64,000 nucleotides of DNA from NCBI GenBank assembly GCA_038212275.1, contig JBBQUR010000024.1:1-64000 (forward strand), written 5' to 3'. Within the stretch, counting starts at the first letter, position 1. Each line of letters begins with the position of its first letter. Shown piece after piece: positions 1 to 9,342 of this stretch. Source of the DNA: Planctomycetota bacterium (lineage in GTDB: Bacteria; Planctomycetota; B15-G4). Below the pieces are notes generated by a model, which worked only from the letters and a program-made list of their open reading frames with translations, did no database searches and was not told where the DNA came from. The position numbers and the translations under genes are program-made.

Positions 1-142
1 CTCTCAAACCCCCCCGTGGTGGGGGGGGGGGTGGGGTTGTTTGGGGGGGGGGTTGGGGGGGCGCCCGCGCACCGGTGGGGCGCTTTGTTCCCTCGGGGGC
101 CCCGCGCCGAAAACCCCCCCCCCCCCGCCCACCCCCCGCCCC
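1..142. other. Low-complexity G-run/C-run sequence, probably low-quality contig end
   Basis: Long homopolymeric G then C tracts unlike the rest of the window; no credible coding signal. Confidence 0.6.
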
Positions 143-229
143 ATGCGACTCACCTTCTTCCTCGCCCCCAGCGCGGTCAGCACCCCCGGCGCGACCGCGA
201 AACAAAGCCGCCTCCCACGCTCCCCGTCC

Positions 230-1444
230 TTACCTCGGCCTCGCCTGCGTCGTCGTTTCAGCCCATTCGCGATAGAGCGGCAGCCCCAACTCCCGCCAGA
301 GCACCTTGCAGATGAGCGCGAGCGGTATCGCGACGATGATGCCGAGCGTGCCCATGAGCGCGCCGCCGGCAAGCAGCACGACCACCAGCGTCACCGGGTG
401 CAGGCCGGTCTCGCGGCCCAGCACGAGCGGGAAGAGCAGGCCGCCCTCGATCGCTTCACCGACGGCGAAGAGCCCCACCACCCACAGCAGGGTCTCCGTG
501 CCGCCGCCGGGCATCGTCAGCGCGATGATGGAGGCAGGCACGACGCCGACCACGAAACCCACGAAGGGGACGAGCGAAAGCAGGCCCGACACCAGCGCGA
601 TGGGCAACGAGAACTCGATGCCCAACCACAGCATGCCGACGAAAAGCAGCAGCGCCTTGATCGCACCGCACAACAGGCGGCCGCGGAAGAAAGTCACCAG
701 CTCCTTGCCGATGTCCCGGGCGATGCGGTCCACCTGCTCGCGATAGCGGGGTGGCACGGTCGTGCGCAGCCGGCGCGACATGGCGGGATACTCGACCAGG
801 AAGAAAAACGTGTAGAACGGGAGCAGCACGATGAGCGTCAGCAGGCCGAGCAGGCCGCCGGCCCAGGCCGCGGCGCGCTCCAGGCTCTTCCCGATCATGT
901 CCCCGGCGGGCTTGGCGAACTGCGACAGCATGTCCACGGCCTGCGTGCGCACTTGGTCCAGCACGCCGCCGAGGACGCCGTCGGCCCGGTTCGCGATGCG
1001 CGTGTCGAGCCAGTTCTTGAGACGCAGCAGCGCGCCCGCATCGTAGGCGCCGTTGCCGTTCTGGTCGTCGAACTCATCGTGATCGCCCGGCGTGGCTGCC
1101 AGCTCGATGAGTCCGTTGCCGTTCTGGTCGCCGTAGAAGGTCTCGCCCGAGAGCGCGCGCCCCAGTTCCTGGAACTGCTTGACGATCACCGCCGCGAAGA
1201 GCACCGCTCCGACGAGCAGCACCGCGTACAGGATCGACACCGTGACGACGCGCGGCAGATTCAGGCGGGAGGCCGCATTGACCACCGGATTCAGGATGAC
1301 CGCCAGCAGCACGGCCACCAGCACCGGGTTGATGACCGACGACAGCGTCGAGGCGAGCAGCAGGACCAGCGCGAGAGCAAGGACCGGAAAGGCGACCCGG
1401 CGCCAGCGCGCGGTCAAGCTCCCGATTTGGGGATCGGTCGCCAC
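230..1444 (-). CDS. AI-2E (PerM/TqsA) family transporter with inserted DxNxNG loop
   Basis: Multiple TM helices, 'LNPVV', 'LLSLVPFVG' and 'GLHPVTLVVVLLAGGALMGTLGIIVAIP' match AI-2E family hallmarks. Confidence 0.9.
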   Translation of the reverse strand: MATDPQIGSLTARWRRVAFPVLALALVLLLASTLSSVINPVLVAVLLAVILNPVVNAASRLNLPRVVTVSILYAVLLVGAVLFAAVIVKQFQELGRALSGETFYGDQNGNGLIELAATPGDHDEFDDQNGNGAYDAGALLRLKNWLDTRIANRADGVLGGVLDQVRTQAVDMLSQFAKPAGDMIGKSLERAAAWAGGLLGLLTLIVLLPFYTFFFLVEYPAMSRRLRTTVPPRYREQVDRIARDIGKELVTFFRGRLLCGAIKALLLFVGMLWLGIEFSLPIALVSGLLSLVPFVGFVVGVVPASIIALTMPGGGTETLLWVVGLFAVGEAIEGGLLFPLVLGRETGLHPVTLVVVLLAGGALMGTLGIIVAIPLALICKVLWRELGLPLYREWAETTTQARPR

Positions 1445-1833
1445 GCCTTGTCGAATGCCTCGCGGAAGTTGAAGCCGTTGCGGAAGTCGCTCTTGCGATC
1501 CGTATCCTGCTTGTTCAGCAGCCGGTTCTCCACGAGGCTGAAGACGATTTCTCCGAAATCCTCGGTGCGATAGAGGCCCCAGTGCTCGAGCACGAGGCGC
1601 GCAAGAGGACCGAACTGATCGAGCGCGTATTCGCGCATGCCGTCCAGCAGCATCGACACCGAGACATGCCGATCGGAGGCGGCGCTTTCGCCGTGCGCCT
1701 GCAGCAGCCGCTCCTGCCGCTCGAGCACGAAGTCCAGCGCATCGAACACGAAGTGATACGCGGGCGTCGCATACCGCTGATCGCGGGAGGCGAGCGTATC
1801 GATGCGCACGTGCTGGGGTGTCTGGGTGGGCAT
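1414..1833 (-). CDS. Minf_1886 family (Planctomycetes/Verrucomicrobia conserved) protein
   Basis: 'RY..AY.FVFDAL', 'HVS..LLDGMREYALDQFG.LAR.VL.HWG..TEDFGEIVF.LV' pattern; start placed at ATG 1833 (MPTQT). Confidence 0.8.
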   Translation of the reverse strand: MPTQTPQHVRIDTLASRDQRYATPAYHFVFDALDFVLERQERLLQAHGESAASDRHVSVSMLLDGMREYALDQFGPLARLVLEHWGLYRTEDFGEIVFSLVENRLLNKQDTDRKSDFRNGFNFREAFDKAWRPIPKSGA

Positions 1834-1909
1834 GGTCGTTCGCCGCGGGGCTCTCGCCGCGCAGCGTACAGCCAACATCGGCGGGACCCGCGCCCCGCTT
1901 GACGCCCCA

Positions 1910-2965
1910 CTAGGCGTGGGGTCCCTTGCCACCGGCAGGCACCAGATGGGCGATCGAATGCGCGCGGGCAAGCGCCAGGCCGGTGGCGGTCCAGGCCACC
2001 GCAGCCGGAATGTTCCGGCCGAGGTCTGCGGCGAATTCGAGCAGCGCCTCCTGCACCTGCTGCGGGTCCGCGGCAGGCGGTGCAGGACCTGCGAGCAACT
2101 CGCGCCAATGCGCCAGCATCAGCTCCGCGACGAGCCGGTGGCTTGCATCGGCATCGCGTTCGGATCCGGAGTCCTTGCCGGCCTTGCCAGGCTTGTCGAG
2201 CTTGCCCTCCGCGTCTGCGGCGAGCTGGAGATGCCGTGCGACGAGATCCTGCGCCGCACGACCGAACGCGGTGCCGGGCATGTCGCCGGCAAGCGTCCGC
2301 TCGAGCAGAGCACCGAGACCCGCGACATCGAGTCCCGACAGATCGGCGAAGCGACCGGGGCGCCCGCGCGCGAGCCTCAGCGCCGCGGACTCCGCGTCGG
2401 GGAACAGGCGAGCCATCTCGTCCTCCGTCAGCGGCGCGAGGCGCACCGCCTGGCAGCGCGAGCGCACCGTGTCCAGCAGGGCGTCCTCGTGCGCGCACAC
2501 CAGGATGAGCAGGCAGTTGCCCGGCGGCTCCTCCAGCGTCTTGAGCAGCGCATTCTGCGCAGCCTCGTTCAACGTGTCCGCGTCGTCGATGATCGCCGCG
2601 CGTCCCTGCCCCTCCAGCGAACGCAGCGACAGCGCGGGGATCAGGCCGCGACGGATCTGATCCACCGTGATTTCGGTTCGGCTGCCCAGCTCCTGCGGAT
2701 CCTGCTCTCGTGAAGGGTTGCGCGCCACGATCTCGACGTCGGGGTGCTGACCCGCATCGACCTTGCGGCAGCTGGCGCATGTGCCGCAGGGCACCTCGCG
2801 CGCCTCACACCAGCGCGCGGCGACGAGCCAGCGCGCCAGCAGGCGCTTCCCGATGCCGGACGGCCCGCTCAGGATGAGCGCGTGCGGCAGCGCCTTCCGC
2901 CGCAGCGCCGCGCGCAGGGCGTGCCGCGCCGCGACGTGACCGACGAGTTCGCCTTCAGAGGACAT
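1910..2965 (-). CDS. holB: DNA polymerase III subunit delta'
   Basis: HALILSGPSGIGK, PCGTCASC zinc site, HPD, 'AQNALLKTLEEPP', 'TVRSRC'; directly after tmk. Confidence 0.9.
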   Translation of the reverse strand: MSSEGELVGHVAARHALRAALRRKALPHALILSGPSGIGKRLLARWLVAARWCEAREVPCGTCASCRKVDAGQHPDVEIVARNPSREQDPQELGSRTEITVDQIRRGLIPALSLRSLEGQGRAAIIDDADTLNEAAQNALLKTLEEPPGNCLLILVCAHEDALLDTVRSRCQAVRLAPLTEDEMARLFPDAESAALRLARGRPGRFADLSGLDVAGLGALLERTLAGDMPGTAFGRAAQDLVARHLQLAADAEGKLDKPGKAGKDSGSERDADASHRLVAELMLAHWRELLAGPAPPAADPQQVQEALLEFAADLGRNIPAAVAWTATGLALARAHSIAHLVPAGGKGPHA

Positions 2966-3602
2966 CGATCAGCGCCTCCTGCACGGCCTTCGACACGCCC
3001 GCGGGATCCGGCCGCGCATCGAGCACGCGGAAGCGGGCCGGATCGTCCTGCGCCAGGCGCCGATAGCCGTCGGCCACCCGGCCGAAGTAGGCGTCGTCCC
3101 GGCGCTCGATGAGATCGGGCGACCGACCCGAACAGCGCGCCCGCGCCACCTCCACGGGGAGGTCGAAGAGCAGCACGCGGTCGGGCAGCCGCCCGTACGT
3201 GACCTCCGCCGCGAGCGCGAGGATCATCGCGGGGTCGAGTCCGAGCCCCGCGCCCTGGTATGCCGCCGAGCTGTACTGGCTGCGGTCGAGCAGCACGGTC
3301 TCGCCGGCCGCGAGCGCGGGAAAGATCACGGACTCGTAGAGCTCGGCGCGCGCGGCCATGTAGAGCAGCATCTCGGCGCGCGCTCCGACAGGCGCTCCGG
3401 ACAACAGCAGCGCACGCACCGCCTCGCCGCATCGGGTGCCGCCCGGCTCGCGCAGACTGCGCACGGCGCGGCCCGACGGCCGCCCGGCGAGCCACTCGGC
3501 GCACAGCCGTTGCTGCGTCGTCTTGCCGCAGCCGTCGATGCCCTCGAACACGATGAGCCGGCCGCGGTCGCGCGCGGCGACACGTCCCTCAGGCGAGTTC
3601 AT
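2955..3602 (-). CDS. tmk: Thymidylate kinase
   Basis: 'LIVFEGIDGCGKTTQ', 'REPGGT', 'LDRSQYSSAAYQG'. Confidence 0.95.
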   Translation of the reverse strand: MNSPEGRVAARDRGRLIVFEGIDGCGKTTQQRLCAEWLAGRPSGRAVRSLREPGGTRCGEAVRALLLSGAPVGARAEMLLYMAARAELYESVIFPALAAGETVLLDRSQYSSAAYQGAGLGLDPAMILALAAEVTYGRLPDRVLLFDLPVEVARARCSGRSPDLIERRDDAYFGRVADGYRRLAQDDPARFRVLDARPDPAGVSKAVQEALIDVL

Positions 3603-3679
3603 CGCGGCGCCGTCATCGGCACGCGTTCAGCGCGCGATCCCCTGCGATCAGCAGCCGATCCCGCGCGATCAGCACGCCA

Positions 3680-5125
3680 TCACCATGCGAAATCCCGCTG
3701 CGCGCCCTCGAGACGCGCCTGCAGGCCGTGCACGAGCTGGTCGAAGGACGGGTCTGCCGCGCGACGCTGCTCGACGATGCGTCGTGCATAGGCCGCGATC
3801 GATGGCGAGGAGAGATTGAGCGCCCGGCACACCTGACGCGCCGACAGGCCGAGGCTGCGCGTCGCGAGATAGACGCACAGATGCCGCGCGGCGGCGACGT
3901 CGCGCGACTTTTCCGCGGAGCGAATGCGCGCGGACGCCACGCCGGTGACCTCGCAGAGGGTCTCGATGATCGCGCGCAGGCTGTTCTCCGCGGGCGTCGG
4001 GCCGCACAGGCGTCGATCGAGCAGCGACTGCGTCAGCGGCAGGCCCGCTTCCGCGGCATCCAGCGCGGTGCGCTGCAGCATGCGCACGGCATCCGTCAGC
4101 GTGCCGGGGCAGCGCGCGGCAAGTGTCGCGGTGACGCCCGGCAGGATGTGCCCCGGAAGCTCGTGCGCGATCGACGCGAGGACGGCCTCGCGATCCCCCG
4201 TGTCCGGCTCCCCCAGCGACACGACCATGCCGCTGAGGAAAAGCGACTGAAGGCGCGCATCCGCGTCGACGATCTGCCGCGGCGCGTGGCGCGACAGCAC
4301 CAGCACGCGTCGGCCGCGCTCGAGCATGGCCGCCACGAGCGAGGCCGCTTCGGCCTGGCTGCGACGCTGGCCGCGAAGGCGGTGCGCCTCGTCGAGCACC
4401 AGCATGTGGCGGCTCTGCCACTCATGCTGAAGCTGCGCGAGCGTTCCCGTGCGCGCGGCGCGCGTCACGTCGCGCATGAGGGCCGGCCCCGAGAGCACCA
4501 GCGGGTCGTGCAGTTCGCCGGCCTCGGCCAGCCGCGAGAGCGCGTGGCGCGCCAGCTCGGTCTTGCCGGTCCCGGCCGGGCCGTAGAGGAAGAGCGGGTT
4601 CCATTCCGAGACGGCCGTGACCACGAAGCGCTCGACCGCGCGATGTGCGATCCGATTGCCGGCCGTGACGAGGCAGCGCGCGGGACGCGGCAGCGGAAGC
4701 GCCATCCCCTCGCCGCGACGGCCGGACGGGGCGCCCGCACCGGGCACGTCGCCATCGGCGAACTCCGCGCCGACGAGCGACCGACCCGAGAGCGCAAGCT
4801 CGGCCTCGACGCCCGCGCCCGCGCCCGTGCCGCGTGCGCCCTGCACCGCGCGCGAGAGGAGCGACAGCTCGTCCTCGGCGGCCACGCGCGTCAGGACGCG
4901 CACGGGACTTCCGGTGAACTCGCGGAAGAGTGCCTGCAGGTCGCCCAGATAGCTGGCGTCGATCGCGGCCTTGCACGCGAGGTCCGGGACGTCGAGCGTG
5001 AACAGGCCGCGTCGGAACGAGGCAGGACGCGCCGCGGCGAGCCACCGCTCCGCGGCCGCTGCGCCACGCAATTGCGTGAACGCCGCAGTCACCACCTGCC
5101 AGATGTCCGAGCCTTGTGAATTCAT
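3680..5125 (-). CDS. DnaA-like AAA+ protein (divergent paralogue)
   Basis: DnaA domain I-like N-terminus, 'WNPLFLYGPAGTGKT' Walker A, 'LVLDEAH' Walker B, domain IV-like C-terminus 'KSRDVAAARHLCVYLA'. Confidence 0.85.
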   Translation of the reverse strand: MNSQGSDIWQVVTAAFTQLRGAAAAERWLAAARPASFRRGLFTLDVPDLACKAAIDASYLGDLQALFREFTGSPVRVLTRVAAEDELSLLSRAVQGARGTGAGAGVEAELALSGRSLVGAEFADGDVPGAGAPSGRRGEGMALPLPRPARCLVTAGNRIAHRAVERFVVTAVSEWNPLFLYGPAGTGKTELARHALSRLAEAGELHDPLVLSGPALMRDVTRAARTGTLAQLQHEWQSRHMLVLDEAHRLRGQRRSQAEAASLVAAMLERGRRVLVLSRHAPRQIVDADARLQSLFLSGMVVSLGEPDTGDREAVLASIAHELPGHILPGVTATLAARCPGTLTDAVRMLQRTALDAAEAGLPLTQSLLDRRLCGPTPAENSLRAIIETLCEVTGVASARIRSAEKSRDVAAARHLCVYLATRSLGLSARQVCRALNLSSPSIAAYARRIVEQRRAADPSFDQLVHGLQARLEGAQRDFAW

Positions 5126-5308
5126 TGTCCCGCCAACACGCGCCGCGAGCGAGGCAGGCTAGCACCGCACGCCGCGAGACCGCAACGGGCCGCGCACTCG
5201 TCGTCGCGCCGCCGTCATCCGACCGCTTGACACGCGCCGGTCGAAGCGTGCCGTCCCGTCACCCGGCGTCGCGGGTCGTGCCACGCGGACCCGCCGCACC
5301 GCAACGCG

Positions 5309-8164
5309 TCAGGGCGGCGCGCCGACCTCCGCCAGCCGGCGACGCGCTCGCGCCTGCCAGGTCTCGAGCGTCGGCGCCTCGCCCTTCAGCGTGAGCCCGA
5401 AGCTCCCCGCGTCGTCGCCCGGGTCCTGCGCATGAGGCACTTGCTCCGGGCGCATGCCGAGCACCAGCGTCCACTGCGCGCGCGCAGCGTCGTCCTCCTT
5501 GTCGGCCACGAGCAGATCGGCCAGGTCCATGCGCACTTCGGGCAGGTAGGGATCGATGTCGAGGGCCTGTGCGAGGCGAGCGCGCGCCGTGGCCGTGTCG
5601 CCACGATCGCGCGCCAGTCCGGCCAGCTTCAGACGGGCCGCGATCTCGGTTTCGCTGTGCGCGCACAGCGTCTCGAGCAGCTCTTCGTAGGTCGCGGGCT
5701 CCGTCTTCGGATCCGTCAGCGCGATCAGCGCCGACAACGCGGACGCCGGGCCGACGTCCCCGGGAAAGACCTCGCAGGCCCGGCGCAACGCAGCGCGCGC
5801 TCCGTCCCTGTCTCCGGCCGCATCGAGCAGTCGTGCCAGGAGCTGCAATCCGTCGGCATCGGGCGTGCCGGACTGCTCCCAGGTCTGCAGGCGCTTCCGC
5901 GCCGCATCCATGCGCCCCGCCGCCGCATCACGCTCGGCCAGCACGCGCTGCGCCGCGGGCGTCTCGCCGCGTTCCGTGAGGTAGGTGTTCAGCGCCGAAT
6001 CCTCGTCGGAGCGGCGTCCCAGATCGTGATACGCGCTCGCCAGCGGCAGCCACGCATCGACGTCGCCGGCTGTCGCGCGCGCGCGCAGCAGGTCCTTGCC
6101 CGCCTCGGTGTAGGTGGGCCGCATCGCAGCCCGCGCAGCCACCACATCGACGAGATAGTTTTCGTAGCGCCGGTCGAGTTCGGCGGGTTCGATGCCGAGC
6201 ACGCGCCGGATGACGGCGCCCGTGTCGCTGCCGTCGGCGTAGCCCGCGACCAGACCGCGAAGACCGGCGAAACCGAAGTCGCGCTCCACGAGTTCGCACA
6301 GCAGGCTCGCCTGGTAGTAACCGAGCATGACGGTCTGCCCGTCGCGGAAGGCCTCGTCGAGGCGCTCCACCGGGAAGACCTGTCCGTTCGCGCGCGCGGA
6401 CAGGACGTCGCGTTCCAGTTCGCGAGCCCACACCGGATCGGCCTTCTTTTCCTCGAAGACCGACACGCCCTCCGTCAGCCAGCGCGGCACGCGGTTGTTG
6501 CTGAGCGCCAGCGTGACGACGTGGGCGTATTCGTGCACGGCCGTCTGCGCCCACGCGAACTGTCCGCGGAGTTCGCACTGCGGCGAGAGCAGGGTCATGA
6601 GGCAGCCGAAGCAGGCGCCGAGCGCCAGGAAGCCCTCGAAGCCGACGGTGCGAACCGAGAAATCGCCGTGGTGGTCGAAGACCTCGACGAGCACCTCGCA
6701 GTCCGGGTCCACACCCCAGCGGTCAGCCATGTCCGCGCGCGCCTTCTGGAGGCGCTCGATCAGCAACGGCCCGAGCACCTGCTGCTCGCCCTGCGGCAGA
6801 CGCACGCGAAAGCCGTGAGGGCCTTCCGTCACGAGTTCGGGACAGGTGGCGAGACGCGCGAGCACCGCCAGCATGTTCGAGCGCCACGGGTACGGGAACT
6901 TGCTCCGCCGGGCGTGCTCTTCGAGCGCGGCACGCGCCTCGATTTCCCGGCCCAGGTGCGCGAGGCTCTGCGCAAGGACGGGCAGCGGCTCCTCGTTGTC
7001 CGGCTCCAGTGCCAGCGCGCGCTCGAGCGGGGCGACGGATTCGGCGAAGCGATAGTGCGTCTGCAGCACCTCGCCCAGCAGCGCGTCGAGCGCACCGCTT
7101 TCCGGATGCGCCGCGACGAAGGCCGCGCGGGCTTCGGCGGCCGGCCCCGTGCGTCCTGCGATCTCCAGCGCCGCTGCCTGCAACGCGAGCGCATCGCGCT
7201 GGGTCGGGTTCGCGTCCAGCACCCTGCGGGCGAGCTGAAGGGCATCCTCCACGCGGCGATCGAGCAGCCGCGTGCGGCCCTGCAATACCAGCGCGTCGGG
7301 AAAGGCCGGATCGCGCCCCAGGGCCTGCTGCAGGGCGGCCTCCGCACTGCGGCCGTTCATGCCGTAGAGGTAGACGCGAGCCTTCGTCACCAGCGCCAGC
7401 GGCTGCCCGGGATCCACGGCAAGCACTTCGTTGAGGAGCGCGAGGGACGGATCGGCTCCGCTCTGCGAACTCTGCCGCGTGGCCGCATAGACCTCGCCAA
7501 GCAGCAACGGCACCTCGGGATCGACGAGCTCGTAGTGCGGACCGCGCTTTCCGTTCAGTTCCGCATCGGCGAACACGAGCGCCTGGTTGGCCAGCTCGAA
7601 CTTGCGCTGGAAAAGCAGCAGGCGACCGAGGTCGAGCAATCCGTGCCCGTCGAGCTGGCGATCGTCGACGGCGTCGGTGGCGTCGCGGGCGACGCGAAGC
7701 GCCTCGGTGCGCCGGCCGGCGCCATCGAGCGCCTGCACCTGCAACCAGGTCGCGGCCAGGCCGCTGAGCGCGCCGCCGGTCGCCAGCGCAAGCGCCTCCT
7801 CGTTGTGGCCGCGTCGCAGCAGGAGGCTGCCCTCCAGCACGGGGTCGCGGGCGCCGGCCGCCGCGGCCGCCGCGAGATGCGCCTCGGCTTCCTCGAGCCG
7901 CCCACGGCCGAACGCCACCTCCGCGGCGAGTTGCTGGCCCTCCGCCGAGTGCGGGAAGTCCGTCAGGTACTCGGCCAGATCGCGCTGCGACGAGTAGCTG
8001 CCTCCGGAGCGGAAGGCGGCGCGCAGTTCGGTGAGGAACGCGAGGTCGTCGGGGCTCTCCTTCTGCTGCGCGGCGGCCGTCGGCGCCAGGCAGGCCGCCA
8101 CGAGGGCCAGCGCGGCACAGGCACGGCGCAGTGCGCGCCCGGGACTCGGCCGACAGACCTTCAC
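5309..8164 (-). CDS. Secreted TPR protein with gluzincin/peptidase MA-like domain
   Basis: Signal peptide, many TPRs, 'HEYAH' plus 'WLTEG'; GTG start overlaps the upstream TGA (GTGA at 8164-8161). Confidence 0.8.
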   Translation of the reverse strand: MKVCRPSPGRALRRACAALALVAACLAPTAAAQQKESPDDLAFLTELRAAFRSGGSYSSQRDLAEYLTDFPHSAEGQQLAAEVAFGRGRLEEAEAHLAAAAAAGARDPVLEGSLLLRRGHNEEALALATGGALSGLAATWLQVQALDGAGRRTEALRVARDATDAVDDRQLDGHGLLDLGRLLLFQRKFELANQALVFADAELNGKRGPHYELVDPEVPLLLGEVYAATRQSSQSGADPSLALLNEVLAVDPGQPLALVTKARVYLYGMNGRSAEAALQQALGRDPAFPDALVLQGRTRLLDRRVEDALQLARRVLDANPTQRDALALQAAALEIAGRTGPAAEARAAFVAAHPESGALDALLGEVLQTHYRFAESVAPLERALALEPDNEEPLPVLAQSLAHLGREIEARAALEEHARRSKFPYPWRSNMLAVLARLATCPELVTEGPHGFRVRLPQGEQQVLGPLLIERLQKARADMADRWGVDPDCEVLVEVFDHHGDFSVRTVGFEGFLALGACFGCLMTLLSPQCELRGQFAWAQTAVHEYAHVVTLALSNNRVPRWLTEGVSVFEEKKADPVWARELERDVLSARANGQVFPVERLDEAFRDGQTVMLGYYQASLLCELVERDFGFAGLRGLVAGYADGSDTGAVIRRVLGIEPAELDRRYENYLVDVVAARAAMRPTYTEAGKDLLRARATAGDVDAWLPLASAYHDLGRRSDEDSALNTYLTERGETPAAQRVLAERDAAAGRMDAARKRLQTWEQSGTPDADGLQLLARLLDAAGDRDGARAALRRACEVFPGDVGPASALSALIALTDPKTEPATYEELLETLCAHSETEIAARLKLAGLARDRGDTATARARLAQALDIDPYLPEVRMDLADLLVADKEDDAARAQWTLVLGMRPEQVPHAQDPGDDAGSFGLTLKGEAPTLETWQARARRRLAEVGAPP

Positions 8165-9342
8165 GACCAGCGCTCCAGCCGCGTCGCGGCCTCCCGGCAG
8201 CGCTCCAGCGGCGGCACCAGTGCGAGGCGCACATGGCTGGCGCCGGGTGACTGCGCCATGCCCGGCACCTCCTCGGCGAGCCACTCGCCGGGCATCACGG
8301 CAAGTGCCGGCGATTCCTGCAGGAGCCGCCGCGCGAACTCGGTGCCCGGCACGCCGTCAGGCGTCCGGACCCAGAGGTAGAAGCCCGCCTGCGGTCGTTG
8401 CGCGCTGCAGCCGATGCGCGCGAGCGCCGCCAGCATCACGTCGGCGCGGGCTGCGTATGCCGCACGAGCGGCTGCCGGCGCGTCCTCGTCGGCGAGCGCC
8501 GCGATCGCCCCCGCCTGCACGAAATGCGGCGTGCCCGAATCGATGTTGGTCTTGAGCCGTCGGAAGGCCGCGATCGCGCGAGCATCGCCCGCGACGAAAC
8601 CGACGCGCCAGCCGGTCATCGCCGCGCGCTTGCTGAGCGACTGGAAAACGAGCACGTTCTGCAGGCCCAGTTCGAGCATCGAGTGCACGGGCGCGGTCAA
8701 CCACAACTCGCTGTAGGCCTCGTCCGAACACAGCAGCACGTCGCGCTCGCGCACCTGGGCCACGAGTCGCTCCAGCTCGGCGCGCTCCGCCGCGCGCCCC
8801 GTCGGCACGTGCGGCTGCGTGATCCACACCACGCGCAAGCGACTCGCGACATCGTCCGGCAGCGTGTCGAGGTCGGGCAGCACGGGCCCGCTCGCGGTCA
8901 CCGCATACGCCACGCTGCGCCCTTCGGCGAACTGCGTGCCGCGCGTGTACGGCGGATAACCCGGGCTCGGCACGAGCACCACGTCCCCGGGGTCCACGAA
9001 GGCCTCGGGCAGGTGGAAGATCGCTTCCTTGCTGCCGACGGAGGAGGTCACCTCGGTCGCGGGATCGAGCTCCACGCCGTAGCGTCGCTTGCACCAGGCC
9101 GCGATGGCGCGCCGGAAGTCGAGTCCGCCGATGTAACTGGGGTAGCCGGCTGCGCGGCTCTGCCACAGGCTCCGCTCCGCCGCGTGCACGACCACTTCGG
9201 GCGTCGGCTCCGTCGGATCCCCGACACCGAAGTCGATGACGTCCGCGCCGGCCGCCTCCCGCTCTTCACGCAAGCGGTCCATCTCGGCGAAGGCGTAGTG
9301 ACCAAGGGCGGCGAGGCGCGCCGACGTGCGCAACGGTTTCAT
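8161..9342 (-). CDS. PLP-dependent class I/II aminotransferase, LL-diaminopimelate/succinyl-DAP aminotransferase-like
   Basis: 'DVIDFGVGDP', 'GSKEAIFHL', 'DEAYSE', 'SLSK..MTGWRVGF', 'KTNIDSG'; ATG overlaps the moaE stop. Confidence 0.85.
   Translation of the reverse strand: MKPLRTSARLAALGHYAFAEMDRLREEREAAGADVIDFGVGDPTEPTPEVVVHAAERSLWQSRAAGYPSYIGGLDFRRAIAAWCKRRYGVELDPATEVTSSVGSKEAIFHLPEAFVDPGDVVLVPSPGYPPYTRGTQFAEGRSVAYAVTASGPVLPDLDTLPDDVASRLRVVWITQPHVPTGRAAERAELERLVAQVRERDVLLCSDEAYSELWLTAPVHSMLELGLQNVLVFQSLSKRAAMTGWRVGFVAGDARAIAAFRRLKTNIDSGTPHFVQAGAIAALADEDAPAAARAAYAARADVMLAALARIGCSAQRPQAGFYLWVRTPDGVPGTEFARRLLQESPALAVMPGEWLAEEVPGMAQSPGASHVRLALVPPLERCREAATRLERWS

Noticed and set aside
1..230. 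G-run/C-run region as a G-quadruplex element, or ORFs 4..372, 16..315 and 41..1573
   Set aside because: Looks like low-quality contig-end sequence; the ORFs are low-complexity or antisense shadows of the AI-2E gene.
3600..5310. Replication origin beside the dnaA-like gene
   Set aside because: No DnaA boxes or AT-rich unwinding element seen, and no dnaN.
5432..8380. Long antisense or alternate-frame ORFs (e.g. 5432..8380, 20340..21824, 25962..27920, 35105..37390, 51614..54310)
   Set aside because: Shadow ORFs expected in high-GC DNA; each overlaps a well-supported gene and has no recognisable motifs.
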